A DNA stretch of 62,451 nt, filler included. It is 4 parts of 4 records of this genome, joined end to end, with 100 filler letters (N's around TTAATTAATTAA, not from the genome) between each part and the next. Parts side by side here need not be neighbours in the genome. Positions count along the whole stretch, not along the records: positions 26,760 to 41,002 come from SRR20825019_1896; positions 41,103 to 53,944 come from SRR20825019_1909; 2 more parts are not named here. One strand, 5' to 3'. Every line of letters starts with the position of its first letter. Position 1 is the stretch's first letter. The notes under the pieces were generated by a model, which searched no databases, was not told where the DNA came from, and was given only the letters and a program-made list of their open reading frames with translations. Positions 36,320 to 47,173 of this stretch are shown in pieces. The position numbers were made by a program, and so were the translations under genes.

Positions 36320-39300
36320 ATGACAGAGGCAGAGGCTCTGCATGGAACGGGTTCACCTGCTTGTCTGACAGGAAAGGAGCCTGGCGATACCGCTGACACT
36401 AGGATGAGGCCGGCAGACGCTGACCTTGCAAGGCTGCACAAGGAGTGTTCTGACACTGCACGAGAGGAGGCGTTGAGCTCGCAGCTGGTATCTGCCCTTG
36501 GCTTTAAGGAGCCGGAATCCATGCGACCCCAGACGCCCCCGCCAAGTGTGACAGACGGCGTTGCGGAATGCGCTGCGGAGGTAGAGGCTATGGCAGTGGA
36601 CGCCGCCCCAGAGCTAGCCAGTGTTACGTGTGCCGCCGGGGTTTGGGAGACAGACGACGAGTTTGTAGAGGAAGATGAGGACGACAACGACATGTCGTGG
36701 AGCAAGGAGCCGGTGAGTGACTTGTCGGAGCGAAGGAGAAGGTTTTTGGATGGGCTGCAATCGATGTTCGGTCTGTCTGCCGGGGAGGCCCTAGTAGGCA
36801 TGTACCCGTGCAGTTATTACAACAGCACCCTTGTTCTCGGAAAGATCTTGCTCTCTGACAGGCATATCTGCTTCGCGCCCGCGTGCGCCCTTCCACAGTG
36901 CACTACTGCCGTGCATCGCAGTACGAACCAGTCAGAGTGGTGCAAGCGCAGTGTATACATTGATTCCCAGGGAATTACCATCGGAAAATCTGCTCGAGAG
37001 CCAACGAAAGCGTCCAAACTGGAATTCAACTCTATTTCAAAGATCCACCCCATGGAATGTAAGCGCCTCGGTGACACTACCAACAGCCCGTGCAAGAACC
37101 ATGAGATGTGGGTGATCAGAACATCATTGCACGGCGGGGCCACATCACACGAATTTGGCTTTAGGAAGCACTCTGTAGCGTGCGACTGGCTGCGCTCTAT
37201 GACGTGGTGGCTGTCGGTGAGTCACGATAATTCGGCCGGTGTGTCAGAATCCGGGCAAGGGTCCAAGGAGAGATCTTGTGTTACCATACCCCTGTCGTCA
37301 ATCTGGTCAATGCAACGCGAGGACGGATATAGAATGACCCGGGATTCCATCATTATCATGTCCTCGCCGGGAAGTCGGGAGCACTTCTTCACTTCGGTTT
37401 CGTCTTGTGATAAGGTGTACCCTGTCCTGCGAGATGCATGGAGGACTGTATTTGGATCACGACTACGTCACATTGGCACCGATGATCAGGGGACGCCTTC
37501 GAAGGCATCTGCGGCATATCCACTTATTGATGCTGATAACAAGAAGGCCACATCATTCCAGAAACTGTTTGGATTACCACCGACGGAGGAGCTGGTAGAT
37601 GAATTCTCCTGTCATGTTATTGAGACCTTCCCCAGGACTGCGAAGATGTACCTGACCGAACGATTTATTTGCTTGTATATTGGTTCTTATTCTGAAAAGA
37701 AGATCACTATTCCTTTCGGCATGGTAAAATGTGTGGTGAAGGAGAGGGACTCCTTTGCAATGACCCGGGGACTGATTATATCAGACTTCTTCGATCGACA
37801 AATATACCTGCGCTCCATGGTGAACCGTGATCTTGTATTCCATCGAGTCGTGACACTCTGGCGTAACGTCGTTGCGGCTTGTCAGGATGGCATGAACGAT
37901 AGCCTGGCTGCTGATGAAGCCAATAGCATGGGTGCATTTGGGTCTCCCGTGCATGTTGCAACCAATGGTCGCAATGTCAGACTGTCCGACGGGAGCTCAG
38001 GGGGGCCACAAGCTGAGGATGCAGAGTCATCACCGGATGTGGAGAAGATATATGCGTACCCCGGCTGGAATGGTAGCAAATCTTTCCGCCTGCCAAATAT
38101 GACCATCTGCATGATTATTGTTGGCAGCCGCGGTGATGTGCAGCCATTTATCGCGTTTGGGAAGGAGTTACAGCGACAGGGCCACACTGTTAGAATAGCC
38201 ACTCATGAGTGTTTCCGACAGTTTGTAGGGGAGCATGGATTACAGTTCCATAGCCTTGGAGGCGACCCCAAGGAGCTCATGAGCCTGTGTATAGAGAACG
38301 GTACCTTCACGCTTCAATTCATGCGTGAATCCATCAAGAAGTTCTGGGGCGTGGCTGAGAGCTGGCTGGCAGATAGCTGGGCTGCTTGCCAGGGTGTTGA
38401 TGCCATCATTCAAACACCATCTGCGCTTAATTCGTTGGGATGGCATATTGGTGAGGCATTGGGGGTCCCATATTACGTGGCCTTCACAATGCCTTTCTGC
38501 CGCACAAGCGCATTCCCACACCCATTCCTTATCGGGGCAGCAAAGGGGGCCCTGTATAATTATTATTCTTACATATTGATTGAGAACCTTTTCTGGCAGC
38601 CTCTGCGGGGAATGATCAATAAGTGGCGAGTGGAGCAACTGGGCATTCCACCTATTCCTCTTGGGGCAGGTGGATCAGACATTCTCATGCGCAAACGGGT
38701 CCCGTTCTTGTACTGCTTCAGTCCATCTGTTGTGGACAAACCTAAGGATTGGCCGGAATGGATTCATGTGACAGGCTATTGGTTCCTGGATGATCTCCTG
38801 AAGGACTACACACCTGACCCTCGCATTGTAGACTTCTTGGCAGCGGGAACAAAGCCTTTGTATATCGGGTTTGGTAGCATCGTCATTTCCAACCCAGATC
38901 GTATCACAGCTGCTATCTCGGGCGCCCTGCGCAAGACGAACTCTCGGGCTATTATCGTCAAGGGCTGGGGTGGAATTTCGAACTTTGATCTGGATGATTC
39001 GCAGATATTGCTCGTAGATTCTGTGCCTCATGATTGGCTCTTCCCGCAGGTGAGCGCTGCAGTCCATCATGGTGGTGCAGGGACATCGGCTGCCGCGGTG
39101 CGGGCTGGAATTCCTTCAATAATTGTACCTTTTTTCGGTGATCAGTACTTTTGGGGTGAAAAGCTTGTTAAGAAGGATGCCGCGCGAATGATCAACAACA
39201 CGAATCTGACTGCAGCAAACTTGGCTGTTGCTATTGTCGAAGTTACCACGAAGCCAAAATTCAAGATTGGGGCAGAGCTATTGGGTGACAAAATATCTGC

Positions 39301-39682
39301 TGAGGATGGTGTTAAGAATGCCGTGGAGGCATTCTACTCTCACCTCCCGAATGTTGTTCGGCGGCGCCAGTCATCCATATCCAATGAAAAGAACTCGCTC
39401 GATATGGCCAAGTCCTCGCATATTCGCGCCGTCTACGCTGACAAAGAGGGCGGCCACAGCCTGCACACGCAGATTTGGCTGACAAATGACCAGGCTACAT
39501 CATGCATGAAGTGCGCGTCTGACTTCTCGTTCAAGTTGCGCCGGCATCACTGCCGCTCCTGCGGCGGCATATTCTGCTCTGCATGCTCTAGCCACCGCGA
39601 AAAAGTGCCCAAATTCGGTTGCGAGCAACCTGTTCGTGTATGCGATGGATGCTACCAAGGTACACTGAACGCGGACCCATAG
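36320..39682 (+). CDS. Sterol 3-beta-glucosyltransferase (ATG26/UGT51-like) with GRAM domains and a C-terminal FYVE finger; intronless
   Basis: GRAM: FQKLFGLPPTEELVDEFSC...MYLTERFIC; GT28: GSRGDVQPFIA, ATHECFRQFV; UDPGT: YIGFGSI, PHDWLF, HHGGAGT, PFFGDQYFWG; FYVE: WxxD..C..C...RRHHCRSCG...RVCDGC. Likely start MTEAEAL at 36320. Confidence 0.92.
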   Translation: MTEAEALHGTGSPACLTGKEPGDTADTRMRPADADLARLHKECSDTAREEALSSQLVSALGFKEPESMRPQTPPPSVTDGVAECAAEVEAMAVDAAPELASVTCAAGVWETDDEFVEEDEDDNDMSWSKEPVSDLSERRRRFLDGLQSMFGLSAGEALVGMYPCSYYNSTLVLGKILLSDRHICFAPACALPQCTTAVHRSTNQSEWCKRSVYIDSQGITIGKSAREPTKASKLEFNSISKIHPMECKRLGDTTNSPCKNHEMWVIRTSLHGGATSHEFGFRKHSVACDWLRSMTWWLSVSHDNSAGVSESGQGSKERSCVTIPLSSIWSMQREDGYRMTRDSIIIMSSPGSREHFFTSVSSCDKVYPVLRDAWRTVFGSRLRHIGTDDQGTPSKASAAYPLIDADNKKATSFQKLFGLPPTEELVDEFSCHVIETFPRTAKMYLTERFICLYIGSYSEKKITIPFGMVKCVVKERDSFAMTRGLIISDFFDRQIYLRSMVNRDLVFHRVVTLWRNVVAACQDGMNDSLAADEANSMGAFGSPVHVATNGRNVRLSDGSSGGPQAEDAESSPDVEKIYAYPGWNGSKSFRLPNMTICMIIVGSRGDVQPFIAFGKELQRQGHTVRIATHECFRQFVGEHGLQFHSLGGDPKELMSLCIENGTFTLQFMRESIKKFWGVAESWLADSWAACQGVDAIIQTPSALNSLGWHIGEALGVPYYVAFTMPFCRTSAFPHPFLIGAAKGALYNYYSYILIENLFWQPLRGMINKWRVEQLGIPPIPLGAGGSDILMRKRVPFLYCFSPSVVDKPKDWPEWIHVTGYWFLDDLLKDYTPDPRIVDFLAAGTKPLYIGFGSIVISNPDRITAAISGALRKTNSRAIIVKGWGGISNFDLDDSQILLVDSVPHDWLFPQVSAAVHHGGAGTSAAAVRAGIPSIIVPFFGDQYFWGEKLVKKDAARMINNTNLTAANLAVAIVEVTTKPKFKIGAELLGDKISAEDGVKNAVEAFYSHLPNVVRRRQSSISNEKNSLDMAKSSHIRAVYADKEGGHSLHTQIWLTNDQATSCMKCASDFSFKLRRHHCRSCGGIFCSACSSHREKVPKFGCEQPVRVCDGCYQGTLNADP

Positions 39683-39706
39683 ATGTGGAAAGGTTAGGTT
39701 TATGGC

Positions 39707-40940
39707 TCAAATATTGTACTCCTTCATACGCTCTGCAACAGGTGAGCTTGTGAGTCACAAGGTCTCGACCTGCTATGCTATAATCATGCCACCTACCTCG
39801 TCGCATCTCATCGACTACGGAAAGCTCGCTTTTGTTTTGGTAGATCCTGTTCTGAGTATTCATTTTCTCCTCCTTGAGGGTGGCCTCATCAGGTGAATAC
39901 ATGAAGTAATCGATTCTACCGAGCGTCAGTCCGCCACCGAGCCTGATTTCTATTGTAAACTTACTGTATATCTTTTGATGCCTGTTTGGGGCACACCGGC
40001 GTGAAAGGTGTTGCGCTAATGGATTGCATCTTGGCTTTATGGCTTGCAATCTCCGCAAGCTGTTTGTCTTTAAGGGCCGAGAAAGATTCGGCGAAGTCCC
40101 CGGATACATTCACATTGATCTTGATGGCTTCCTTGGCCTCCTTGGGGTTGCACGGGCGGAAAGGAGGCCTTGGCTGTTGTGCAAATTCAGCACCCGCCTC
40201 GCCTTCACACCACGCCACGCAAACTCACCTTGTCCTCTTCGCTTGATACCTTCACATTTTTGCGATGGGTTGATTGACCCTCCGGCACTGATGAAAATTG
40301 TGGCTTATGTGAGCCTGTTTTCACCGCATGCCTGAAGCTCGCAAGAGGACTGCAACGAACAAAATCAATGATATATAGCTAGCCCAGGTAAGCTCTAGTA
40401 CCTGAACATGGGCTCTGACTTGAGCAGACGAGGGTCGAAAAGCTTCTGGACGGGTGGCCGACTCCTATCAAGACATAAGACACCGACCTAGGACGAACCA
40501 CAAGACCTTGTACCTAGGTGATGTCTTGGTTCCTATCGAGGACCTTTTTGAGTTTGACTCCTGCACACACACCTCCAGATCTTCCACTGGTATGTCCCGC
40601 AGTGCAGGAAACCGCCGCATGGCCCTTTGGTTCGCCTGACGACGCCTGCGTTCCTCGCTACAAAGGTAGTTGTCAATAAGCGTACATGCTGATGCTTCCC
40701 TACAGCATACTCAGTCATGTTCCTGACGGAAAACTTGCTGGAGTTTTGCAGCGAGTCCTCCATGGTTCCACTCTAGTTACAACACTTGCAACACAGAGTC
40801 AAACTATCTCTTATTTAGGCCATTGGGAAAAGGACGCCGCAGCAAGGCTTTCACAGCCGTCTGAAACAATGACTTCAGGAGCATCACTGCGTGCTGGTAG
40901 TCGTGCCCATGGGTTTGCCGCCGGTATAGTGACCTCCTGA
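39707..40940 (-). CDS. Multi-exon hypothetical protein, 5' end missing or uncertain
   Basis: Short open exons bounded by minus-strand GT/AG (ERRRRQANQRAMRRFPALRDIP, PRPPFRPCNPKEAKEAIK, RIDYFMYSPDE...ERMKEYNI*). Confidence 0.45.
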
Positions 40941-41002
40941 ATTGCCATACCACATGTCCGACAGTGGAGTGTGCAGAATGACTATCCCCCCCCCCCCCCC
41001 CC

Positions 41003-41102
41003 NNNNNNNNNNNNNNNNNNNNNNNNNNNNNNNNNNNNNNNNNNNNTTAATTAATTAANNNNNNNNNNNNNNNNNNNNNNNNNNNNNNNNNNNNNNNNNN
41101 NN
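41003..41102. other. Artificial contig linker
   Basis: N44-TTAATTAATTAA-N44. Confidence 0.98.
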
Positions 41103-42163
41103 CCTCCGGCACCACCGGCAGGCCGAAGGGCGCGATGATCACCCATCGCAGCCTGATGTTCGCCACCACGAACTATCTCGCCGACGTTGACCAGATCAGC
41201 GAACAGGATTGCATGATCCATGCGGCGCCGATGAGCCACGGCTCCGGCCTCTACGCCATGCCGCATGTGGCGCGCGGGGCGAACAACGTGGTGCCGCAGA
41301 GCGGCGGTTACGATGTCGAGGAATGTCTGGAGCTGATCCGGCACTGGCCCGGTGCCAGCTTCTTCTTTGCGCCGACCATGGTCAGCCGTCTGCTGAACCA
41401 TCCGGGCACCGCCACCGCCGACCTCGCGAACCTGAAAACCATCGTCTATGGCGGCGGACCGATGTATCTGGAGGACACGCTGAAGGCGCTCGACATGCTC
41501 GGCCCGAAGCTGACGCAGATCTACGGCCTCGGCGAAGCCCCGATGACCATCACCGGTCTGCCCAAGTCCGCATTCCTTGACCGGGACCACCCCCGCTATC
41601 TCGCCCGCCTCGCCTCCGCCGGGTTCGCCCGCACCGGTGTCGAAGTCCGCGTGGTGGATGCGGACGGCAAGGATGTTCCTTACGGGGAGACCGGAGAGAT
41701 CATCTGCCGGGGCGATATCCTCATGGCCGGCTACTGGCTGAACCCGGACGCGACGGCCAGCACCCTGCGCGACGGCTGGCTCTGGACCGGTGATCTCGGC
41801 GCCATGGACGCGGACGGCTACGTCACCCTGAAAGACCGCTCCAAGGACATGATCATTTCCGGCGGCACCAACATCTATCCCCGCGAGATCGAGGAAGTGC
41901 TGCTGCGTCATCCGGGCGTTTATGAATGCGCCGTGGTCGGCCGCCCGCATGCGGACTGGGGCGAAGAAGTGGTGGCCTTCGTGGTGCCGAAGCCGGAACA
42001 AGAGATCGACACGGCAGAGCTCGACACGCTTTGCCTCGACAATATCGCGCGCTTCAAACGGCCGAAGGAGTACCGGCTGGTCACGGCACTGACGAAGAAC
42101 AATTACGGCAAAATCCTGAAAACCGAGCTTCGCGACTTGCTGGCGGCGGAGGCGGAAGGCTAA
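41103..42163 (+). CDS. Bacterial long-chain acyl-CoA ligase / AMP-binding enzyme (5'-truncated)
   Basis: SGTTGRPKG P-loop at the contig edge, QIYGLGE, GWLWTGDLG, DRSKDMIISGGTNIYPREIEEVL, KNNYGKILK. Confidence 0.92.
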
Positions 42164-42202
42164 GCTGCCAGCTCATTTCGCGACTCTTTTCCGGATTTTT
42201 CG

Positions 42203-43096
42203 ATGACACCTGGCTCGAACGCCTTTGCCGTTGCTTCCGAGTATGGCGTCCTCAAGGACGTCTATCTCTGCCGCCCCGATAATTTCCAGTGGTCCGACGT
42301 TGCCAAGGAAGACACCACCGCCAATGCCGTGGTCCGGGCGACCCTGCGCGACGGCGTTCCGTTCGACAAGGCGGCCGCCCTCTCCGGCTATCAGGAATTT
42401 ATCGCCGCCTATGAAGGTGCCGGTGTCACTTGCCATTTCGTCGATACCGATCCGACTTTGAGCTACCAGATCTACACCCGCGATCCGTCCGTGATGACGC
42501 CGTGGGGCGTGTTCCTCGGCCAGATGTACCGCCAGCAGCGCCGGGGCGAAATCGCCACCACCTACCGGTTCTACGAAAAGCTCGGCATCCCGGTCTGGAA
42601 CTGGGCGACAGCAGGACCAATCGAGGGCGGCGATATCCACCTGATCAAGCCGGGCGTTGCGGTCATCGGCTATACCGGCCAGCGTACCTGTGAGCCGGCG
42701 GCAAAACAGCTTCAGGCCTGGCTTCGGGCCGAGGGCTGGGAATGCCGCATCCAGAAATTCGCCGAACATTTCCTGCATCTCGACCTGCTCTACGCCACGG
42801 TGAACGACCGCCTCGCCCTGATGTGCCTTGAGGTGCTGCCGGATGATTTCGTCGAATGGCTGGCCGGGCACGGCATCAAGCCGGTGCCGGTGACCTACAA
42901 GGAGGCGATGCTGCTGCAATGCAACTGCATGTCTCTCGGCAATGACCGGGTGATTTCCTCGAAGAGCGCCAAGCGCGTGAACGAGGCCCTGCGCGCCGAA
43001 GGCATCACCGTACTCGACCCGGATCTGTCGATGTTTACCCAGGCAGGCGGCGGGCCTCGGTGCCTGTCTATGTCGCTGCTGCGGGAAGCAGTCTAG
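42203..43096 (+). CDS. Amidinotransferase / DDAH-arginine deiminase superfamily protein
   Basis: SEYGVLKDV, YTRDP, RRGE, IEGGD, LHLD, C-terminal GGGPRCLS with catalytic Cys. Confidence 0.88.
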   Translation: MTPGSNAFAVASEYGVLKDVYLCRPDNFQWSDVAKEDTTANAVVRATLRDGVPFDKAAALSGYQEFIAAYEGAGVTCHFVDTDPTLSYQIYTRDPSVMTPWGVFLGQMYRQQRRGEIATTYRFYEKLGIPVWNWATAGPIEGGDIHLIKPGVAVIGYTGQRTCEPAAKQLQAWLRAEGWECRIQKFAEHFLHLDLLYATVNDRLALMCLEVLPDDFVEWLAGHGIKPVPVTYKEAMLLQCNCMSLGNDRVISSKSAKRVNEALRAEGITVLDPDLSMFTQAGGGPRCLSMSLLREAV

Positions 43097-43118
43097 CGCT
43101 AGGCTCACGGGAAATCAG

Positions 43119-43418
43119 ATGACATATAAGACATTCAAACGGATTTTCTGGGGAAATTTTGCCGCGTTTATTTTGTTGACCTTGATTTTTGGTGGTGATG
43201 CCCTGAATGGCTATGTCTCTGGTGGTAAATATTTTTTGGTTGAACATGGCAACCGAACAAAGGTCAGCGCAGTAAACTATTACTTCTCGTTGGTTCACGG
43301 CGTCATAACTTTTGGCTCTTTTATTGTTCTAGTCATAGGTAGCCTGATCCTCAGAGCACTCGGCAAAAAGCCTGAACAATTATTCAAAGAGCAACCGGAC
43401 TCAGTCGATACCGAATAA
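43119..43418 (+). CDS. Small low-GC two-TM hypothetical membrane protein
   Basis: 99-aa ORF with two hydrophobic segments; clearly more AT-rich than its neighbours. Confidence 0.65.
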   Translation: MTYKTFKRIFWGNFAAFILLTLIFGGDALNGYVSGGKYFLVEHGNRTKVSAVNYYFSLVHGVITFGSFIVLVIGSLILRALGKKPEQLFKEQPDSVDTE

Positions 43419-43545
43419 ACCGTTCCCTTCGCGCGGGAGGTCACCGATGAGATTTCTCTCGGGGGTCGCGGGTGGCAGAGTTGACGCAATACACAGGTGA
43501 AACGAGGCATACCACTCGATAAAATTATCGAGTGGTACATCCATA

Positions 43546-44585
43546 ATGCCTACAGTCTTCTTTCACCATTCATCGACGGCCTGTGCCGCGTACCAGGATC
43601 TTGTCGGACTTCTGCTCGACGATGCGGCACCGGAAATCCGTAGCATGCCGAAAGCACGCAGTCAGGGCAAGCGAACCTACTGGTACGACCGTTACAGGGT
43701 CGGGACGGAAATGAAGGAGCGCTATCTAGGAGAGAATTCTGAAGCTCTGAGACGCCGCATCGACAGGCACACAGAGCTGCGAGAAACACGCAAGGCCAGA
43801 CGCAAGGAACGCACCCGAATGGTCCGTCTGCTCCGCAGCGAGCGGTTCGCCGGCATGGACGGCGCAACGGGGAGCCTGATTGCCGCGCTTGCTCGAGCTG
43901 GGACTTTCAGGCTCGGCGGGGTCCTCGTCGGCACCAACGCCTTCCGCGTCTATGAAGGTGAACTCGGCCTTCGCCTCACGCTGGATCAGGCGGCCATGAC
44001 CAATGATATCGACATCGCCAGTTTCGAAAAGCTCTCCCTCGCCCTCGGGGGAAGAGGTCCTGCCCTCAATCAACACTCTCCTCGCCGGCTTCGAATTCGA
44101 TCCCGTCCCCAGTCTCCATAACGGACAGGTATGGCGCTGGCGGCAAAGCAAGAGCCAGCCCCTTGTCGAATTCCTGACGCCGTCCTGTGAAGAAAAGGAA
44201 GGTCTGCGAGAGCTCGCCGCACTCGGCGTCAGCGCCCAGTCCCTCCATTATCTGAACTACCTGATTGCCGAACCGATCCAGGCGGCCGCGGTCTATCGCG
44301 ATGGCATATTGGTCCAGATACCGCGCCCCGAACGGTTTGCCATCCACAAGCTCATCATTGCCGATCGCCGGGTTGGCGGCCCCGAAAGCCTGAAGGCCCG
44401 CAAGGACAGGCTTCAGGCCGAGCTCCTGATCGGCCATCCTTGCCGAAGACCGGCCGAGCGAGCTGGCGGAGGCCTATGAGGATGCGATGGAGCGCGGTCC
44501 GCGCTGGCGCGAACGCCTCGGCCGCAGCCTTGAGAAATCCCCCGAAACGACGGCTTTGCTGATGAAAGCGTCCAACGCTCACTGA
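43546..44585 (+). pseudogene. GSU2403-family nucleotidyltransferase-fold protein with two +1 frameshifts (pseudogene or sequence error)
   Basis: YWY..., GVLVGTNAFRVYEGELG, TNDIDIA, VEFLTPS, PRPERFAIHKLII, KARKD. Removing one G at ~44047-44051 and one at ~44432 restores a single ORF ending ...GPRWRERLGRSL...NAH*. Confidence 0.75.
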
Positions 44586-44586
44586 C

Positions 44587-44961
44587 CTAGCGTGGAAAAG
44601 TCACCGCCTCGATCTTGTTGCCGTCCGGGTCCCGGATGAAGGCGCCGTAATAGACGGTCATCTGTGCTTGTCGGTCACCCGGCGCGCCATCGTCGCGGCC
44701 GCCATGTTTTAGCGCAGCCGTATGGAAGGCGTCGACGACGCCCTGGGAGCTGGCACGGAGGCAGATATGGATGCCGGTCTCCTCCGGGACAGCCTCCATG
44801 CCGGGGCGGAGGTTGAGCCAGAATTCCGGATATTTCTTGCCGAAACCGATAGTCCGCTCGCGCTCGGCCAGACGGGTGAAGCCGAGTGGCGCCAGAACCG
44901 CGTCATAGAAGGCTGCACTGCGCGCGAGATCGGAAACGGCGATGGAGACATGGTCGATCAT
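44587..44961 (-). CDS. VOC/glyoxalase family protein
   Basis: MIDHVSIAVSDLARSAAFYDAVL...YYGAFIRDPDGNKIEAV. Confidence 0.92.
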   Translation of the reverse strand: MIDHVSIAVSDLARSAAFYDAVLAPLGFTRLAERERTIGFGKKYPEFWLNLRPGMEAVPEETGIHICLRASSQGVVDAFHTAALKHGGRDDGAPGDRQAQMTVYYGAFIRDPDGNKIEAVTFPR

Positions 44962-44993
44962 GGACCAAGCCTAACCGGGCCCGGCCACTTGCG

Positions 44994-46244
44994 TCACGCA
45001 AGAAACCACGGATTGAGTCCGGCCCAGCTAGCCGAGAGCGTGCCCATGTTATGGGCGTAGGCATAGACATCGTTCCCCTGGAAACGGGCGATTTCGTTAT
45101 CCCGGATCTGGTCTTCGTAGCTCTTGCTCATCGTCACGAAACGCGCGTTGGCTCCATCATCCGGTGCATTTCCACCGCCAAGCCGTGCATGCATTTCCTG
45201 CACTGCTGCCAGCACATCATCCGCGGAACAATCCTCGGCCCGAAAGTCATGTTCCGCATACCAGCCCTGATCCGGCAGCGGCCCCGTCACCAACCGGTTT
45301 GGCAACATGCAGGACAGCTGTTCCTCATAGGAAAGCGGCGTTGCGCTGTCTCCGCGATAGAGCGGCTTGAAAAGGAAAAGATCACTGTCGAGATGATGGC
45401 TCATCACCGTCGGCAGGAGGTTTGTGTTGACGCTCGGACGCCCGAACGCGCGGGCCAGGGCTTCCGGGCCGGACTGGCAGTTCAGTGAGAAACGGCAGGT
45501 AGCCATCAAATAAATGTCGAGAAAGTCCTCAGCGCGCGGATCGTGGGCCAGATCGATCACTTTCCTGGACGGATGGGTGAACGCGCCGGAATTCGCTCCC
45601 CCCAAACGGAAAACCGTGTATCCGGCCTCGACAAGCCAATCGACGGCGGGTCTGAAATTGGCGGGATCAACCGCACGCAGCTTCCCGTAGGGCGCACTGT
45701 CGGCGTCATGCGCGTACCCCTCTTCCCGCATATGCAAGGTCACGTAAGGGCTACCCGGCTCCAGACCAATGCCCGCGAGCCAGCGTTCCCCCGCCGCACG
45801 CATTTCATCGTCGAGCTTGAGATGCACCAGCGGCTTCTGCGCCGCGCGGTGTTGCGTATAGGCGCGGTAGAATTTGTGAGTGTGCACAAGACAGAGATCG
45901 AACGGTCCCATCCGGACGACCCCGCGATCGAGATCCCGCAGCAGCAGCAAGGGCGTATGCTGGGTTTCCGCCATGCCGAAATCCCGGGCCAGCAGATCGT
46001 ACAGCGGACGCTTCATCGTCGGGACGGCGCGAGGCGGCGTCAGCAGCACGATCCGGTCGTATTCGGGGCCGTAGAGCGAGGCGAGATAGTGTGGCTCCGG
46101 CGCCAGATGGCCGATCGCGTCCGCATAGGGCATCGGATAAACCAGCGTCCGGGCGCCGTCCTTCAGATGCGGCTCCAGCGCACGGCCGAGGATCGTCAGC
46201 GTTTCCGGCTTGCGCAGCTCGCCAAGCAGGGTTTCAACATCCAT
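44994..46244 (-). CDS. TIGR04372-family putative glycosyltransferase
   Basis: AIGHLA, YVTLHMREEGY, R+AVD motif, VFRLG, FLDIYLMATCRFSLNCQSGP. Confidence 0.75.
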   Translation of the reverse strand: MDVETLLGELRKPETLTILGRALEPHLKDGARTLVYPMPYADAIGHLAPEPHYLASLYGPEYDRIVLLTPPRAVPTMKRPLYDLLARDFGMAETQHTPLLLLRDLDRGVVRMGPFDLCLVHTHKFYRAYTQHRAAQKPLVHLKLDDEMRAAGERWLAGIGLEPGSPYVTLHMREEGYAHDADSAPYGKLRAVDPANFRPAVDWLVEAGYTVFRLGGANSGAFTHPSRKVIDLAHDPRAEDFLDIYLMATCRFSLNCQSGPEALARAFGRPSVNTNLLPTVMSHHLDSDLFLFKPLYRGDSATPLSYEEQLSCMLPNRLVTGPLPDQGWYAEHDFRAEDCSADDVLAAVQEMHARLGGGNAPDDGANARFVTMSKSYEDQIRDNEIARFQGNDVYAYAHNMGTLSASWAGLNPWFLA

Positions 46245-46248
46245 CCGC

Positions 46249-47166
46249 TCAGGCTGCCTGTTCCATCAGGTTTGCAAGATAGCCATCCAGCGCCTCGCGG
46301 AACGGGATCAGGCTCTTGTAACGCTGCATCCCCTCCGGCATATCCGCGACGGCACCGCGCAGACCCACGGCGAGATCCGGCCGCGCCTCAAGCGAGGAGA
46401 GCGGATCGACGAAGGTGCGGATGGTGAACAGGATATCGCCGGATTCCGGCAGCCGTCGCAGGGTCTGCCGCTCAACCCGGAGCCAGAGGCACTCTCCCGC
46501 ATTCTCCACCGTGATTTCAGTCGGGTCTTCGTTACGGAACTTGCCGCTGGTCTGAAAAAGGGCCGGGTCGTTGATGACGGACCAGTTGAGCCGCACCACC
46601 GGCTTGTCCGCCTTCAGATGGGTAAAGAACCGGTCGACTGGCTTGCCGAGCTTTTCGGCATAGCCGGACACATCTTCATGAATGCCCATCATCGGCCGTC
46701 CGAGCTTCTCACCCAGCACCCAGCGCGCCGGAAAGCAGAGCGAGGCGGCATGCAACACATAGCCCTCGTCGCCCGGCTTCATCAGGCAGAGATCCTCCTG
46801 AACCAGGCGGCCGGCAAGATCGAGGGCATGGTCGGCAAAATCGCTGAGATGATAGGACTTGCCGGTCTCCGCCACCCGGATCGTCCCTTCGTCGAAGGCA
46901 ATCAGGCCGGGGTGACAGCGCTCCAGATTATCCAGCAGAAGCATCAAGACCTCGCGCTGAGCCGCCGCGCTTCCGGGCAGATCCGCGAAGACGGCCTCAT
47001 GCTTCTCCGCAAGCAAACGTTCCTTCTCGATGAGTTCCGCCGCGCGGTTATGATCGACATCAATCCAGTCCTTCAGGTCGAGCGCGACCATGCCCATGGC
47101 CATCTGGAACTTACCGCTGGCATAGGGCGCGAAACGCGGTCCACCGGGCGTTGTCTCCGCACTCAT
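46249..47166 (-). CDS. DUF3445 / heme-dependent oxidative N-demethylase alpha-subunit-like protein
   Basis: LVQEDLCLM, LCFPARW..EKLGRPMMGIH, RLNWSV, LRVERQTLRRLPESGDILFTIRT. Confidence 0.88.
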   Translation of the reverse strand: MSAETTPGGPRFAPYASGKFQMAMGMVALDLKDWIDVDHNRAAELIEKERLLAEKHEAVFADLPGSAAAQREVLMLLLDNLERCHPGLIAFDEGTIRVAETGKSYHLSDFADHALDLAGRLVQEDLCLMKPGDEGYVLHAASLCFPARWVLGEKLGRPMMGIHEDVSGYAEKLGKPVDRFFTHLKADKPVVRLNWSVINDPALFQTSGKFRNEDPTEITVENAGECLWLRVERQTLRRLPESGDILFTIRTFVDPLSSLEARPDLAVGLRGAVADMPEGMQRYKSLIPFREALDGYLANLMEQAA

Positions 47167-47173
47167 CTCTGGA

